Shown: positions 1 through 8,142 of the stretch, in pieces | Numbering within the stretch: the stretch's first letter is position 1 | Layout: the number at the start of each line of letters is the position of its first letter | DNA from: Bacteriovoracaceae bacterium | GTDB taxonomy: Bacteria > Bdellovibrionota > Bacteriovoracia > Bacteriovoracales > Bacteriovoracaceae | Length of the DNA stretch: 13,592 bases | Reading direction: 5' to 3' | Assembly: GCA_041586955.1 (NCBI GenBank) | Contig: JBFGZE010000085.1 | Span: 1 to 13,592 of the forward strand | Notes under the pieces: generated by a model | The model's database searches: none | What the model was told of the DNA's origin: nothing | What the model saw: the letters and a program-made list of their open reading frames with translations, nothing else | Position numbers and translations under genes: made by a program

Positions 1-96
1 CCTAAAGTACTTACCCTCGTTCCATCGTTTATACCATTTTTCTTCAACGTCTTGAGGAGAATACGTTTTAGGAAGTTCGTCGAATTTATTAGTCAT
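1..96 (-). CDS. valS: Valyl-tRNA synthetase, N-terminal fragment (runs off window start)
   Basis: Not in the ORF track. Hand translation from ATG at 96 gives MTNKFDELPKTYSPQDVEEKWYKRWNEGKYFR, open to the edge and matching the ValRS N-terminal pattern (LPKxYxPxxxExKWYxxW..xxYF). SD-like AGGTGA upstream; 8-nt overlap with the hisS stop (ATGACTAA). Only 32 codons are visible and LeuRS starts are somewhat similar. Confidence 0.85.
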   Translation of the reverse strand, partial: MTNKFDELPKTYSPQDVEEKWYKRWNEGKYFR

Positions 97-1417
97 TGAG
101 CTCACCTGAAATTAATTTTATTATTTCGTCTATATTATTTATTTCGATAGTTTTTTGTTCTTGTGTACTGCGGTTTTTTATCTGAACAGAGTTATCCTCG
201 AATTCATTTTCACCAATTAAGGCAATATATTGGGCCCCTTTCTTTTCGGCAAAGCTGAAGGCCTTTTTAAACTTAAGAGGACCTAGACTTGTTAAAACCC
301 GAAGTCCTTTTTCTCGAAGCGCTTTTGCCAAGATAAGGGCCATATTGCAGGCCTTAGGCTCCTGAAAAGTAATGAGAATATCATTTTCTGGTTTTGAAAG
401 GTCTGGAAGAAGTTTATGAGTGACAAGAAAATCCTTTAAGGTGACATCTCCAAGTCCAAACCCTACTCCCGGTAAGGGCGTTTCATTAAAAATCTTAAGG
501 AGATTGGCAAAGCTTCCGCCACCACAAATGGCACGTCTATTTTCAGGATTTTTATCAAAAATTTCAAATACAATACCGGTATAATAATCTAGACCTCTAA
601 CAATAGAAGGGTCATATTTAATAAATTCGGTGAGGCCGAGTTCATCTAATTGGCCAATAAAGGCCTTGAAGTTGCAAATTGTTTGATGTTCGTTGTTGGT
701 CTCGACAAATTTAAATAATTCTTCTGTCGTTTTGATATCGAGGTAAGAGAAAAACTTTTCACTTTGGTCTTGTGAAAATTGGAGCTTTTCAGCGATGAGT
801 TTCTCTAGGGCCTGTTTGTCGACCTTTTTAGAGCGATCAATAATTTTATAGAGATTATAGGCCTCCTCTTCAGAGGTAATTTTAAAAATATTTTGAAAGA
901 TAAAATCAACTAAGTTTCTATCATTGATGAGGATTTCAAATTGATTATGATTAGCTCCAAAGTTTGTCAAAAGCTTAACCGCTAATTGGAGGATTTCGAT
1001 CTCCCCCATATTGGTAGGAGCGCCAAAAATATCGACATTAAATTGCCAATGCTCACGTAAGCGTCCTTTTTGCGGCCTCTCGTACCTCATAAGATTAGGG
1101 ATGGAGAACCAGCGGATGGGCTTGACCTCTTCTCGGTGAATCTGAGCAACCATACGGGCAGCAGTCGGAGTCATTTCTGGTCGTATCGCGACGAAGCGTT
1201 CACCCCTATCATAGAAGCTATAAATTTGCTCATTGATGAGCTCTTCTCCCGACTTTGCTTTGTATAGCTCAACTTCTTCCAGGAGAGGTCCATTATATGG
1301 TTCGTAGCCAAATTCATGCGCGGTCTGTCTCATGATTTGAAACATATAATTTTGAATGCGTTTTTCTGTGGGAAAAAAGTCTCTGGTGCCCTTGTAGGGT
1401 TTTTTGCTTAGAGTCAC
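89..1417 (-). CDS. hisS: Histidyl-tRNA synthetase
   Basis: KGTRDF N-terminus, IRPEMTP, motif 2 RYERPQKGRLREHWQ, histidine-binding loop VRGLDYYTG, C-terminal anticodon-binding domain (ALIGENE..VQIKN). GTG start with GGAG upstream. Confidence 0.97.
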   Translation of the reverse strand: MTLSKKPYKGTRDFFPTEKRIQNYMFQIMRQTAHEFGYEPYNGPLLEEVELYKAKSGEELINEQIYSFYDRGERFVAIRPEMTPTAARMVAQIHREEVKPIRWFSIPNLMRYERPQKGRLREHWQFNVDIFGAPTNMGEIEILQLAVKLLTNFGANHNQFEILINDRNLVDFIFQNIFKITSEEEAYNLYKIIDRSKKVDKQALEKLIAEKLQFSQDQSEKFFSYLDIKTTEELFKFVETNNEHQTICNFKAFIGQLDELGLTEFIKYDPSIVRGLDYYTGIVFEIFDKNPENRRAICGGGSFANLLKIFNETPLPGVGFGLGDVTLKDFLVTHKLLPDLSKPENDILITFQEPKACNMALILAKALREKGLRVLTSLGPLKFKKAFSFAEKKGAQYIALIGENEFEDNSVQIKNRSTQEQKTIEINNIDEIIKLISGELND

Positions 1418-1553
1418 TATAGATATCTCCGGAATGAAATCATGCGTAACAAATTACGCCATTTTATAACAAAAAAATCAGAGCAGGTCTAAAATATTAA
1501 GCATTTAGCACAGCTATGTGATTAAAAAATGTTTGACCTAAGCATCTGAAAAT

Positions 1554-2558
1554 ATGTTAAAATCAATAAATATTATGAGCAATGATCAAAAACTTTTAAA
1601 ATATGCACCAATACCTATTGGTAAGCTTCAGCCAGACTGTCCCTTGCCGGCGAATATTTACCTTAATATTGCGGGTAAATATATCCAATTTAAGCATGCT
1701 GGGGATGCCTTGTCCGGTGATAAATATAATTACTTTCTCAGCAAAAACCTTGAAAATATTTTTATTAAGGCAGACGACCTTGAAGCCTTTTCCAATTGGA
1801 TTCTCAATGCAAGACAATTAGCAGTCGACCAGATAGTCGCTCAGGCAAAACTTGAGAAGGCCCAGGTGGTCTTGGCCGAAAAACGTGAAAAAATTAAAGA
1901 AAAGGTATACGAGACTTTTGCTAAAGAAGAACTTACATCAGAGAATGTCCAAATAATTAAGAGCCAGGTTGAAGACTTTATCGGTGAAGTGAGTGGAAAA
2001 AAGGCCAACCAATTGGCACTAGCTCGATTATTAAAAATTTCTGATGCCATCGCTGATCACTCTATTAACGTCGCCAATCTTTCTGTTTTTATGGGAATGG
2101 TGTTAGGCAATAGTAGTCCCCTGGTCTTAGAAAATATCTATTTAGGTGCTCTTTTGCATGATTACGGTAAGATTAAGATACCGACTAATGTATTAGAAAA
2201 TCCCCAGAGTGCTCAATATACATCCGCTATCAGGCTTCACCCCGAAAAGGGCGTGGTGATTATTAGTCAGATGGAGAATGTAAATGATCATGTCAAAACT
2301 ATTGTTTTACAACATCATGAACAATTCGGTGGAAATGGTTATCCTCATGGCATTTCTGGAGATGATATCTACGGCCTTGCTCGTATTGTGAACATTGCCA
2401 ATATTTTTGATAATACACTCGCTGCAAATTTGCGAATGGCCCCGAATGAGAGAGTTAAGAAGGCCATCAAAATTTTAGAATATGATCGCGGGAAGCAATT
2501 TGATCCAGCTATGGTTGGGCCAATTGTTATTGCGTTAAAAAAATCTTATAAACTTTAA
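1554..2558 (+). CDS. HD-GYP domain protein (c-di-GMP phosphodiesterase family, partly degenerate); start may be ATG 1575
   Basis: Motifs HSINVA, LLHDYGK, HPEKG, HHEQFGGNGYPHG, ARIVNIANIFD and GKQFDP; about 160-aa N-terminal non-catalytic region. Confidence 0.92.
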   Translation: MLKSINIMSNDQKLLKYAPIPIGKLQPDCPLPANIYLNIAGKYIQFKHAGDALSGDKYNYFLSKNLENIFIKADDLEAFSNWILNARQLAVDQIVAQAKLEKAQVVLAEKREKIKEKVYETFAKEELTSENVQIIKSQVEDFIGEVSGKKANQLALARLLKISDAIADHSINVANLSVFMGMVLGNSSPLVLENIYLGALLHDYGKIKIPTNVLENPQSAQYTSAIRLHPEKGVVIISQMENVNDHVKTIVLQHHEQFGGNGYPHGISGDDIYGLARIVNIANIFDNTLAANLRMAPNERVKKAIKILEYDRGKQFDPAMVGPIVIALKKSYKL

Positions 2559-3307
2559 TCAAGTACCCAATCATTTGTCGGGACCGGTAACTCAGAGGCA
2601 TCATTCGATGTTCTTGGATCGCCTGAAGCGTAGTCAATTGGGTTTTCGCTTGGAATCCAATCGTTGCTGGGTTGTGGTAAGGAGCTTTTCTTACTCTCAA
2701 TAATTTCAAGTTCTTTGATGATGTCTTTACTTGAAGAAGGGACTTCAAAAAAGGACATTAAATTTAATGGTTCGTAGTCATTTTGAAATGTTTGATTATA
2801 AGTGAGATATTGCTTGATACGAATTTTAAAATTTTTAAAGCTTTCTATTCCTATTTTTAAAAAGAGAGCATTCGCTTTAGCAGGGGATGTCTTATGAAGT
2901 TGAAATAATATTGAGTTTAGATGGGGGCGCATAATGCGACTTTTTGAGCTTTTGGGATATTCAATGAGATCGAAGTTAATTTGCCGGATGATTTCTTGAT
3001 TGTAAGGATTGGTCGAGGCAAATTTTTGGTAAAGAAAGTCGGGAGTCGTATTAGAAATATAATCTTTATTAGTTTTGAAATTAATAAAATGGTTTAAAAA
3101 AGACCGTTTAAACTCTGTCTCGTAAATTTGAAGAATTTTTTCTTTAGGGAATTCTTTTAAATTCTCATTGATTTGATAGATTTCCGTTTGTTCAATAAGA
3201 GAATTGTTTTTTAAGTTTTCAATTAAAAGGACTATGAGAGGTCGGCCCTCGGCCCTTGAAGTAAGAGTGAAGAAGCTAATTGCTAAGGTTATCGCTATCT
3301 TTAACAT
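2555..3307 (-). CDS. Hypothetical exported protein with a Pro/acidic C-terminal tail carrying a repeated LPxPxNDW motif
   Basis: 250-aa ORF; signal-peptide-like start MLKIAITLAISFFTLTSRA; overlaps the upstream gene by 32 nt and the convergent HD-GYP stop by 4 nt (TTAA). Confidence 0.8.
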   Translation of the reverse strand: MLKIAITLAISFFTLTSRAEGRPLIVLLIENLKNNSLIEQTEIYQINENLKEFPKEKILQIYETEFKRSFLNHFINFKTNKDYISNTTPDFLYQKFASTNPYNQEIIRQINFDLIEYPKSSKSRIMRPHLNSILFQLHKTSPAKANALFLKIGIESFKNFKIRIKQYLTYNQTFQNDYEPLNLMSFFEVPSSSKDIIKELEIIESKKSSLPQPSNDWIPSENPIDYASGDPRTSNDASELPVPTNDWVLD

Positions 3308-4295
3308 TGGAAATTCCTTTGATGACGTAAGCTACTCCATCGATTTGGGTCAATAGGTTGCCATCAAGATTTATTAACCTCTCAGCATTTTTTGTGTGAC
3401 TGATTCGCTTGAGGTCAGAATTGTTGATGTTGAGTTGTGCAATATCAACTCCATCATTATATTTTTTTATAAAATAGAGATGGTCATTTTGACCAGTGTT
3501 GCATTTCATTTGACCGAGATCATTTTGCTCAGATAGATAAAGTGACTTTTCGATGAATTCATTCTTGAGAAAGGATATAGAGAATATCTGACTTTTATTA
3601 ATTTGTGGATCGAGGCCAAATAGGCCTAAGAAGTTGGAGGTGCCGTTTTCGCACAGCTCGATACGTTGAAATTTGTTATAAATGGTTAATGTTGTATTTT
3701 TGGAGTCTCCACGGTCAAAAATATTGAGAAGAGGAGAGTCTTCTTCATTTCGTACGCTATATAAAACTTTTCTATTGTTAAGGACGATCCTTTGAACCCC
3801 AAGAATTCTTAAGGGAGAGTTATTGGGAAGAGGTATATTAAATAGTGGTTGAGCTGATTTTAAATTATAAAAAACAATCTTATTCTCTTTAAGCTTTAGG
3901 TAGGAGAGCCACTCTAGTTGGGGGTGAATCTTGGGAAAAAGACCAGTATCAATTTTTGTTGCTTTTAAAGACCCGATAATAGAGACATAAATATCTTTTT
4001 CCCTAAAGGGAGAAAAATATTGGTGGAAGTTCTTTTGTTGTGCGATGGCCACATATTTACTGCCCTTAGCATGATGAATAGTGAAGTCATCAAGAGGAGT
4101 TCCTTTGAGGATATTTTGAACAGTGTAATTGGTGGAAACATTGAGTCCACTTCTTGGAGCAACGTAATAGGTTGTTTTGCTATCGGAGGAGATAAATCGA
4201 ATATTATCGACTAATTGTTTTGTCGCAAATCTGGGTAAATCAGTTTTACTCCAGATAGGGGTAAGTAAAAGACAAATGATTTTAATAGAGACCAT
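3276..4295 (-). CDS. Hypothetical exported protein, possible TolB-like beta-propeller
   Basis: 339-aa ORF with short hydrophobic N-terminus; beta-strand/turn blocks reminiscent of propeller blades (IRFISSDSKTTYY, PKIHPQLEWLSYL). The fold call is tentative; 14-nt overlap with the upstream gene. Confidence 0.75.
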   Translation of the reverse strand: MVSIKIICLLLTPIWSKTDLPRFATKQLVDNIRFISSDSKTTYYVAPRSGLNVSTNYTVQNILKGTPLDDFTIHHAKGSKYVAIAQQKNFHQYFSPFREKDIYVSIIGSLKATKIDTGLFPKIHPQLEWLSYLKLKENKIVFYNLKSAQPLFNIPLPNNSPLRILGVQRIVLNNRKVLYSVRNEEDSPLLNIFDRGDSKNTTLTIYNKFQRIELCENGTSNFLGLFGLDPQINKSQIFSISFLKNEFIEKSLYLSEQNDLGQMKCNTGQNDHLYFIKKYNDGVDIAQLNINNSDLKRISHTKNAERLINLDGNLLTQIDGVAYVIKGISNVKDSDNLSN

Positions 4296-6144
4296 TTAAA
4301 CTCCATAATTTGAGAGGATGTAGATTTCTATAATTGCGAACGGCGTTAAATAGACGCTTCCATGAAATCGTTCGCGGAGAGTGAAGATTATCAATTGCTA
4401 AGAGAACTGATAACGAAAAGGGTTCCTTAATAACATGGTCTACAATAATTGGAGTCGGGGTGCATTGATTGAGATTAAGGCCTTGGTAAATATGAGGAAT
4501 CAAATCCTCAAGGCAGGCAATACCGTGAACGACCCCATTCTTATGTAATTGATAGAACGATTTTAATTGCGTTAGGTTAAGAATTTCTTTTTTTTGAAGT
4601 TTAAGAGATTCAATGAGAAGGCTTTGTAAGGAATTTTTTTCGTTTTTAAAGCTATTGTGGAAATAGTCGAATTGCGAAACACCTTTGAAACTTATACCTT
4701 TAATCTCTTTGCCATTAAAAATAATTTTTTTGGAGCAGTTTTCAATGGAGCAATTATTTTTATCGTATGTGATAAAGCACCCATTCTTATATTTGAGCAG
4801 GTAGGGCCTGTAATCATCCTGATTTATATAAAGGCATTGGGTATCTCTTGGAGCTCCTATTAAAGAATAAAGAGATTTACCAATAATGCTTTCCTCTGAG
4901 GAGGGATCTTGATTACCTTTGCCCGGAATATAAGGGTGACATTTCTCTTCCTTGGTAATCTTGCTCATATAACAAATTGTAAAAGGCCATGATTGTTCTC
5001 TCTTCAGCTTTTTAAGAAGACTGAACACTGAATGATGGACTTGAAAGATGCATTGGTCTTGATCGTATTCCAGTTTAGCTTTTGAAAAATGTTGAACAAT
5101 GCGATGGACGTTGGTGAAAACCGAATTATTGACTCTGTTGGGACAATCTTGATAATCGCGCTTAAGTCTCATCTTGAACAAATTATCTGAAAGGTTTTTA
5201 CAATTTTCCCCGGGCCTTAAATGGGGGAAACGATTGTTATTTTCAAAAACACAATAGTCTGGATTCTGTTGAATCATTGTCGCACATTTTTGGAGTTCCG
5301 CAGTAGTTAATTTGCTTTTATTGTATAAATTTAAGCAACGATAATTAAGGTCAGGAAAGGATTCGTCGCGAGTCAGCGCCTTTTTCCATACGCCTTCAGT
5401 GATATAATTGGCACAAAAGTTTTTGTTCGAATCAGGGTTTTGGCAAAAATATTCTAAAAAAGATCGATGATATTTAGAAACTTCCTTTTTTAATATCGGC
5501 TTGCTAAGAAAGGGGTGATTGGTATTTTTTGTTAAAGATTCTCTTATTCCACAGAGATAGGGGAGATACCCTTCTTGAATTGTTTTGTGATGGAAGGCCT
5601 CGCATTGTTTCTGGCCATCTGGAACAGATAGAGTTTTTAACGTAGACTTCAGGTTTTCAGGAGAAAACAAGAGCGCCATGTCTTTATTTTTAAAACAGGC
5701 CCTTTTTTCATGAAAGCTAATAAAATTATAAATTGTCGTAATGAATTCTATTTTCTCATTTCCAACGCTTCCAACGACAATGATCTCATTGAGAGTTCCA
5801 TTTCTATTCTTTAAAAGTCCGTTTTTCATGAGGTCAATATCGGTACAGATATTTTTTGAGAGCAAATTTAAGTAACGGGCAGGAGTATTGGTTTGAATTG
5901 ATTCATATTCGACTGGCGAGAGCTCAAGCTGGGTGAGATCTTTAAGCTTTTTTAAAGCAAGTTTTTTTTGCTTAACTTTAAAGTAATAGTGTTCATATTT
6001 TTTATTTTGAGATTCTAATTGAGACAAAAAACCTGAAACTATGCCATCAGCATAAAGTGAAGTTGACAAAAATAGAGACCATACTAATAGATAGTATGGT
6101 CTCCAGGTTTTATAAAATAGATTTCGCAAGAATCGTTGCCACAT
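4282..6144 (-). CDS. Hypothetical cysteine-rich exported protein (start uncertain; ATG 6144 preferred over the track start at 6156)
   Basis: About 620-aa open frame; 20 Cys counted, no CxxCH; N-terminus MWQRFLRNLFYKTWRPYYLLVWSLFLSTSLYA-DG resembles a Sec signal peptide. Confidence 0.8.
   Translation of the reverse strand: MWQRFLRNLFYKTWRPYYLLVWSLFLSTSLYADGIVSGFLSQLESQNKKYEHYYFKVKQKKLALKKLKDLTQLELSPVEYESIQTNTPARYLNLLSKNICTDIDLMKNGLLKNRNGTLNEIIVVGSVGNEKIEFITTIYNFISFHEKRACFKNKDMALLFSPENLKSTLKTLSVPDGQKQCEAFHHKTIQEGYLPYLCGIRESLTKNTNHPFLSKPILKKEVSKYHRSFLEYFCQNPDSNKNFCANYITEGVWKKALTRDESFPDLNYRCLNLYNKSKLTTAELQKCATMIQQNPDYCVFENNNRFPHLRPGENCKNLSDNLFKMRLKRDYQDCPNRVNNSVFTNVHRIVQHFSKAKLEYDQDQCIFQVHHSVFSLLKKLKREQSWPFTICYMSKITKEEKCHPYIPGKGNQDPSSEESIIGKSLYSLIGAPRDTQCLYINQDDYRPYLLKYKNGCFITYDKNNCSIENCSKKIIFNGKEIKGISFKGVSQFDYFHNSFKNEKNSLQSLLIESLKLQKKEILNLTQLKSFYQLHKNGVVHGIACLEDLIPHIYQGLNLNQCTPTPIIVDHVIKEPFSLSVLLAIDNLHSPRTISWKRLFNAVRNYRNLHPLKLWSLNGLY
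6068..6103 (-). terminator. Probable rho-independent terminator after the Fe-S oxidoreductase gene
   Basis: Perfect 12-bp inverted repeat GAGACCATACTA (6075-6086) / TAGTATGGTCTC (6092-6103) with 5-nt loop, 6 nt after the stop at 6110 and followed on the minus strand by TATTTTT. Confidence 0.75.
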
Positions 6145-8128
6145 CCTCAATCTCAAGGTTTTCGGTTTGATCGACTTGGGATTTAGATGAATTAAAGTTA
6201 ATAAGACAATATGAACAGGCCGTCGCTAACTTGGGTTGGTTTGTTTCAGCGACGTCCTCTAATCTCTTTTTAGACATATGCTCTCCCTCTGGAAGTTCAT
6301 ACCACATATTGCCGCCGCCCATGCCACAGCATAGCGCCTTATCTTTCGTTCTTTCCATTTCCTTGACTGTCACTCCTGGAATTGAATTAAGAATTTCTCT
6401 TGGGGCATTATACTCGCCATGATGGCGACCTAAATAACATGGGTCATGAAAAGTCATATCTTCTTTAACTTCTTTGGAAGGGGTTAGTTTACCGCTTTGA
6501 ATTAAGTCATGAAGTAATTCTGTATGGTGAACAGTGTTGAAATCACCATCGTCAAATTGAGCATATTCTTTGCCAATGGTGTGGAGGCAATGTGGGCAAT
6601 GAGTGACAACTTTATCAAATTGATATTGTCTCATATTGGCGATATTTTCAATAGCGACTTCAAAAAAGGTATACTCATCTCCAAAGCGGCGAATGGGGTC
6701 ACCATTGCATTTTTCAGTTTTACCCATGACGGCAAAGCTAACACCGGCCTTCTTCAATAACATAACGGTGTCTTTAACAACTTGCTGGTTAGAAGAGTCA
6801 TAGGAGCCAGCACAACCAACATAATAGAGATAATCGACTTTTTTCTCTGGGGTGATGACATCAATGTCAAGGCCATCCGCCCATTTAAACCTTTCATCTT
6901 GAGAAATTCCCCAAGGGTTTCCATTGACCTTAATTTTATTGGCCGCATCAGCTGCCGCAGGGGGAATGTCTCCCAGAGTTAATGTTTTGTAACGTTTGGC
7001 CTCTAAAATAATATTGACGTGTTCAATATTAGCGGGACATTCTTCCATACAGGCGCCGCAGGTGGTACAGGCATCTAATTCATTCGATTGGAATAAAGGA
7101 TTTTCTGCCCAAATTTCAGCGTCTTCTTGACCTTGCATTACTGTTGCTTCGGCAAGATCTCTTGTTTTAGTGATAATCAATTTAGGGTCCAGTGGTTTGC
7201 CAGCATTATTGGCAGGGCATACTTGGGTGCACCTCCCACATTCAACACAGGTTAAGAGGTCCCATTTATTTTTTAGGGTGAGTTCTGAAAGTTTACCGAG
7301 CCCGAATGTTTCAGCAGTCTCATCTTCAAAGTCCATGGGGGCGAGAATAGCGCCCCTTCTCTTTGGGGTAATAAGGGCCGAGATTGGGAGGAGTAAAATA
7401 TGAGAAAATTTCGAATGGCCAAGACTCGCAATAAAAACCATGGTATTGGCCATATGGATAAACCAAAGGGAGCGATAAGTTAGGGCCAAAGAACTGTCAC
7501 TGGGCTGAAGTGAATGAATAATGGAGGCAATAAACCAACCAATTGGCGCCCATGACTTCTCACCAATGGGCATACCCGTTCCTGCAATACGAAGCCCTTC
7601 GATTAGATAGCCCAGCACAACCAGAGCGATGAGCATGAAATACATGAATTTTTCACTATTGGGCCTTGTTGCTGAAAGATATTCTGGCCTTTCGATATAG
7701 CGTCTTTTATACGCCAGACCAATTCCTAAGAGGATAGCGATACCCGCAATATCGGCCAGAAATGAGATCACAATATAAGTGGTGCCTTTAAATATTTTAA
7801 GAGGGGTGTCGTAATGAATAGCAACTAGGTCGGTGGCAATCCATAATATAAAGAAACCATAAAAAATGAGGCCATGGAATACGGCCACTCTTCTATCCCG
7901 TGGAACCTTTCCGGTCAATAATATAGTTTTAAAAAATTGGGACCATTGTAAATTACTGGGCATTATATTTTTGATACCTGCCAGGGTATTACCACCAAAA
8001 ACAAATTGGAACTTTTTCTTTAAACCCCATCCACAATAAACAAAACTTGCAATCATGAGCAGGTACATTGAGATTTTAAATCCATCAGGGATATTCCACA
8101 TGATTTCTCGGGTGGCGTTGATATCCAT
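6110..8128 (-). CDS. Membrane-bound Fe-S oxidoreductase, FadF/EtfD (ETF:quinone oxidoreductase)-like; NarI-type membrane domain + 2x[4Fe-4S] + two CCG domains
   Basis: Multiple TM helices with His residues (FHGLIFYGF, WFIH, KFSH); CVECGRCTQVCP and CTTCGACMEECP; CCG domains YYVGC..EKCNGDP..CPHC and FHDPCYLGRH..LCCGMGGG..ACSYC. Confidence 0.93.
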   Translation of the reverse strand: MDINATREIMWNIPDGFKISMYLLMIASFVYCGWGLKKKFQFVFGGNTLAGIKNIMPSNLQWSQFFKTILLTGKVPRDRRVAVFHGLIFYGFFILWIATDLVAIHYDTPLKIFKGTTYIVISFLADIAGIAILLGIGLAYKRRYIERPEYLSATRPNSEKFMYFMLIALVVLGYLIEGLRIAGTGMPIGEKSWAPIGWFIASIIHSLQPSDSSLALTYRSLWFIHMANTMVFIASLGHSKFSHILLLPISALITPKRRGAILAPMDFEDETAETFGLGKLSELTLKNKWDLLTCVECGRCTQVCPANNAGKPLDPKLIITKTRDLAEATVMQGQEDAEIWAENPLFQSNELDACTTCGACMEECPANIEHVNIILEAKRYKTLTLGDIPPAAADAANKIKVNGNPWGISQDERFKWADGLDIDVITPEKKVDYLYYVGCAGSYDSSNQQVVKDTVMLLKKAGVSFAVMGKTEKCNGDPIRRFGDEYTFFEVAIENIANMRQYQFDKVVTHCPHCLHTIGKEYAQFDDGDFNTVHHTELLHDLIQSGKLTPSKEVKEDMTFHDPCYLGRHHGEYNAPREILNSIPGVTVKEMERTKDKALCCGMGGGNMWYELPEGEHMSKKRLEDVAETNQPKLATACSYCLINFNSSKSQVDQTENLEIEDVATILAKSIL

Positions 8129-8136
8129 TTTTCCAA

Positions 8137-8142
8137 CTCCTT
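8137..8142 (-). promoter_or_regulatory. Ribosome binding site of the Fe-S oxidoreductase gene
   Basis: AAGGAG on the minus strand, 8 nt before ATG at 8128. Confidence 0.8.

Noticed and set aside
1418..1553. T-box or His leader-peptide attenuator upstream of hisS
   Set aside because: Region is short and shared with a divergent gene; no T-box consensus, His-codon run or terminator seen.
1070..2748. Short alternative-frame or antisense ORFs (1070-1267, 1596-1817, 1603-1821, 1841-2050, 2527-2748)
   Set aside because: Contained in or overlapping well-supported longer genes; no recognisable motifs.
4588..5969. T8 homopolymers at 4588-4595 and 5962-5969 as phase-variation tracts
   Set aside because: Short runs encoding Lys codons are expected in AT-rich DNA and the frame is intact.
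3965..7403. Short ORFs 3965-4162, 4020-4214, 4657-4863, 6231-6422, 6524-6760, 6754-6948, 6782-6982, 7170-7403
   Set aside because: Shadow ORFs of long genes with no independent coding evidence.
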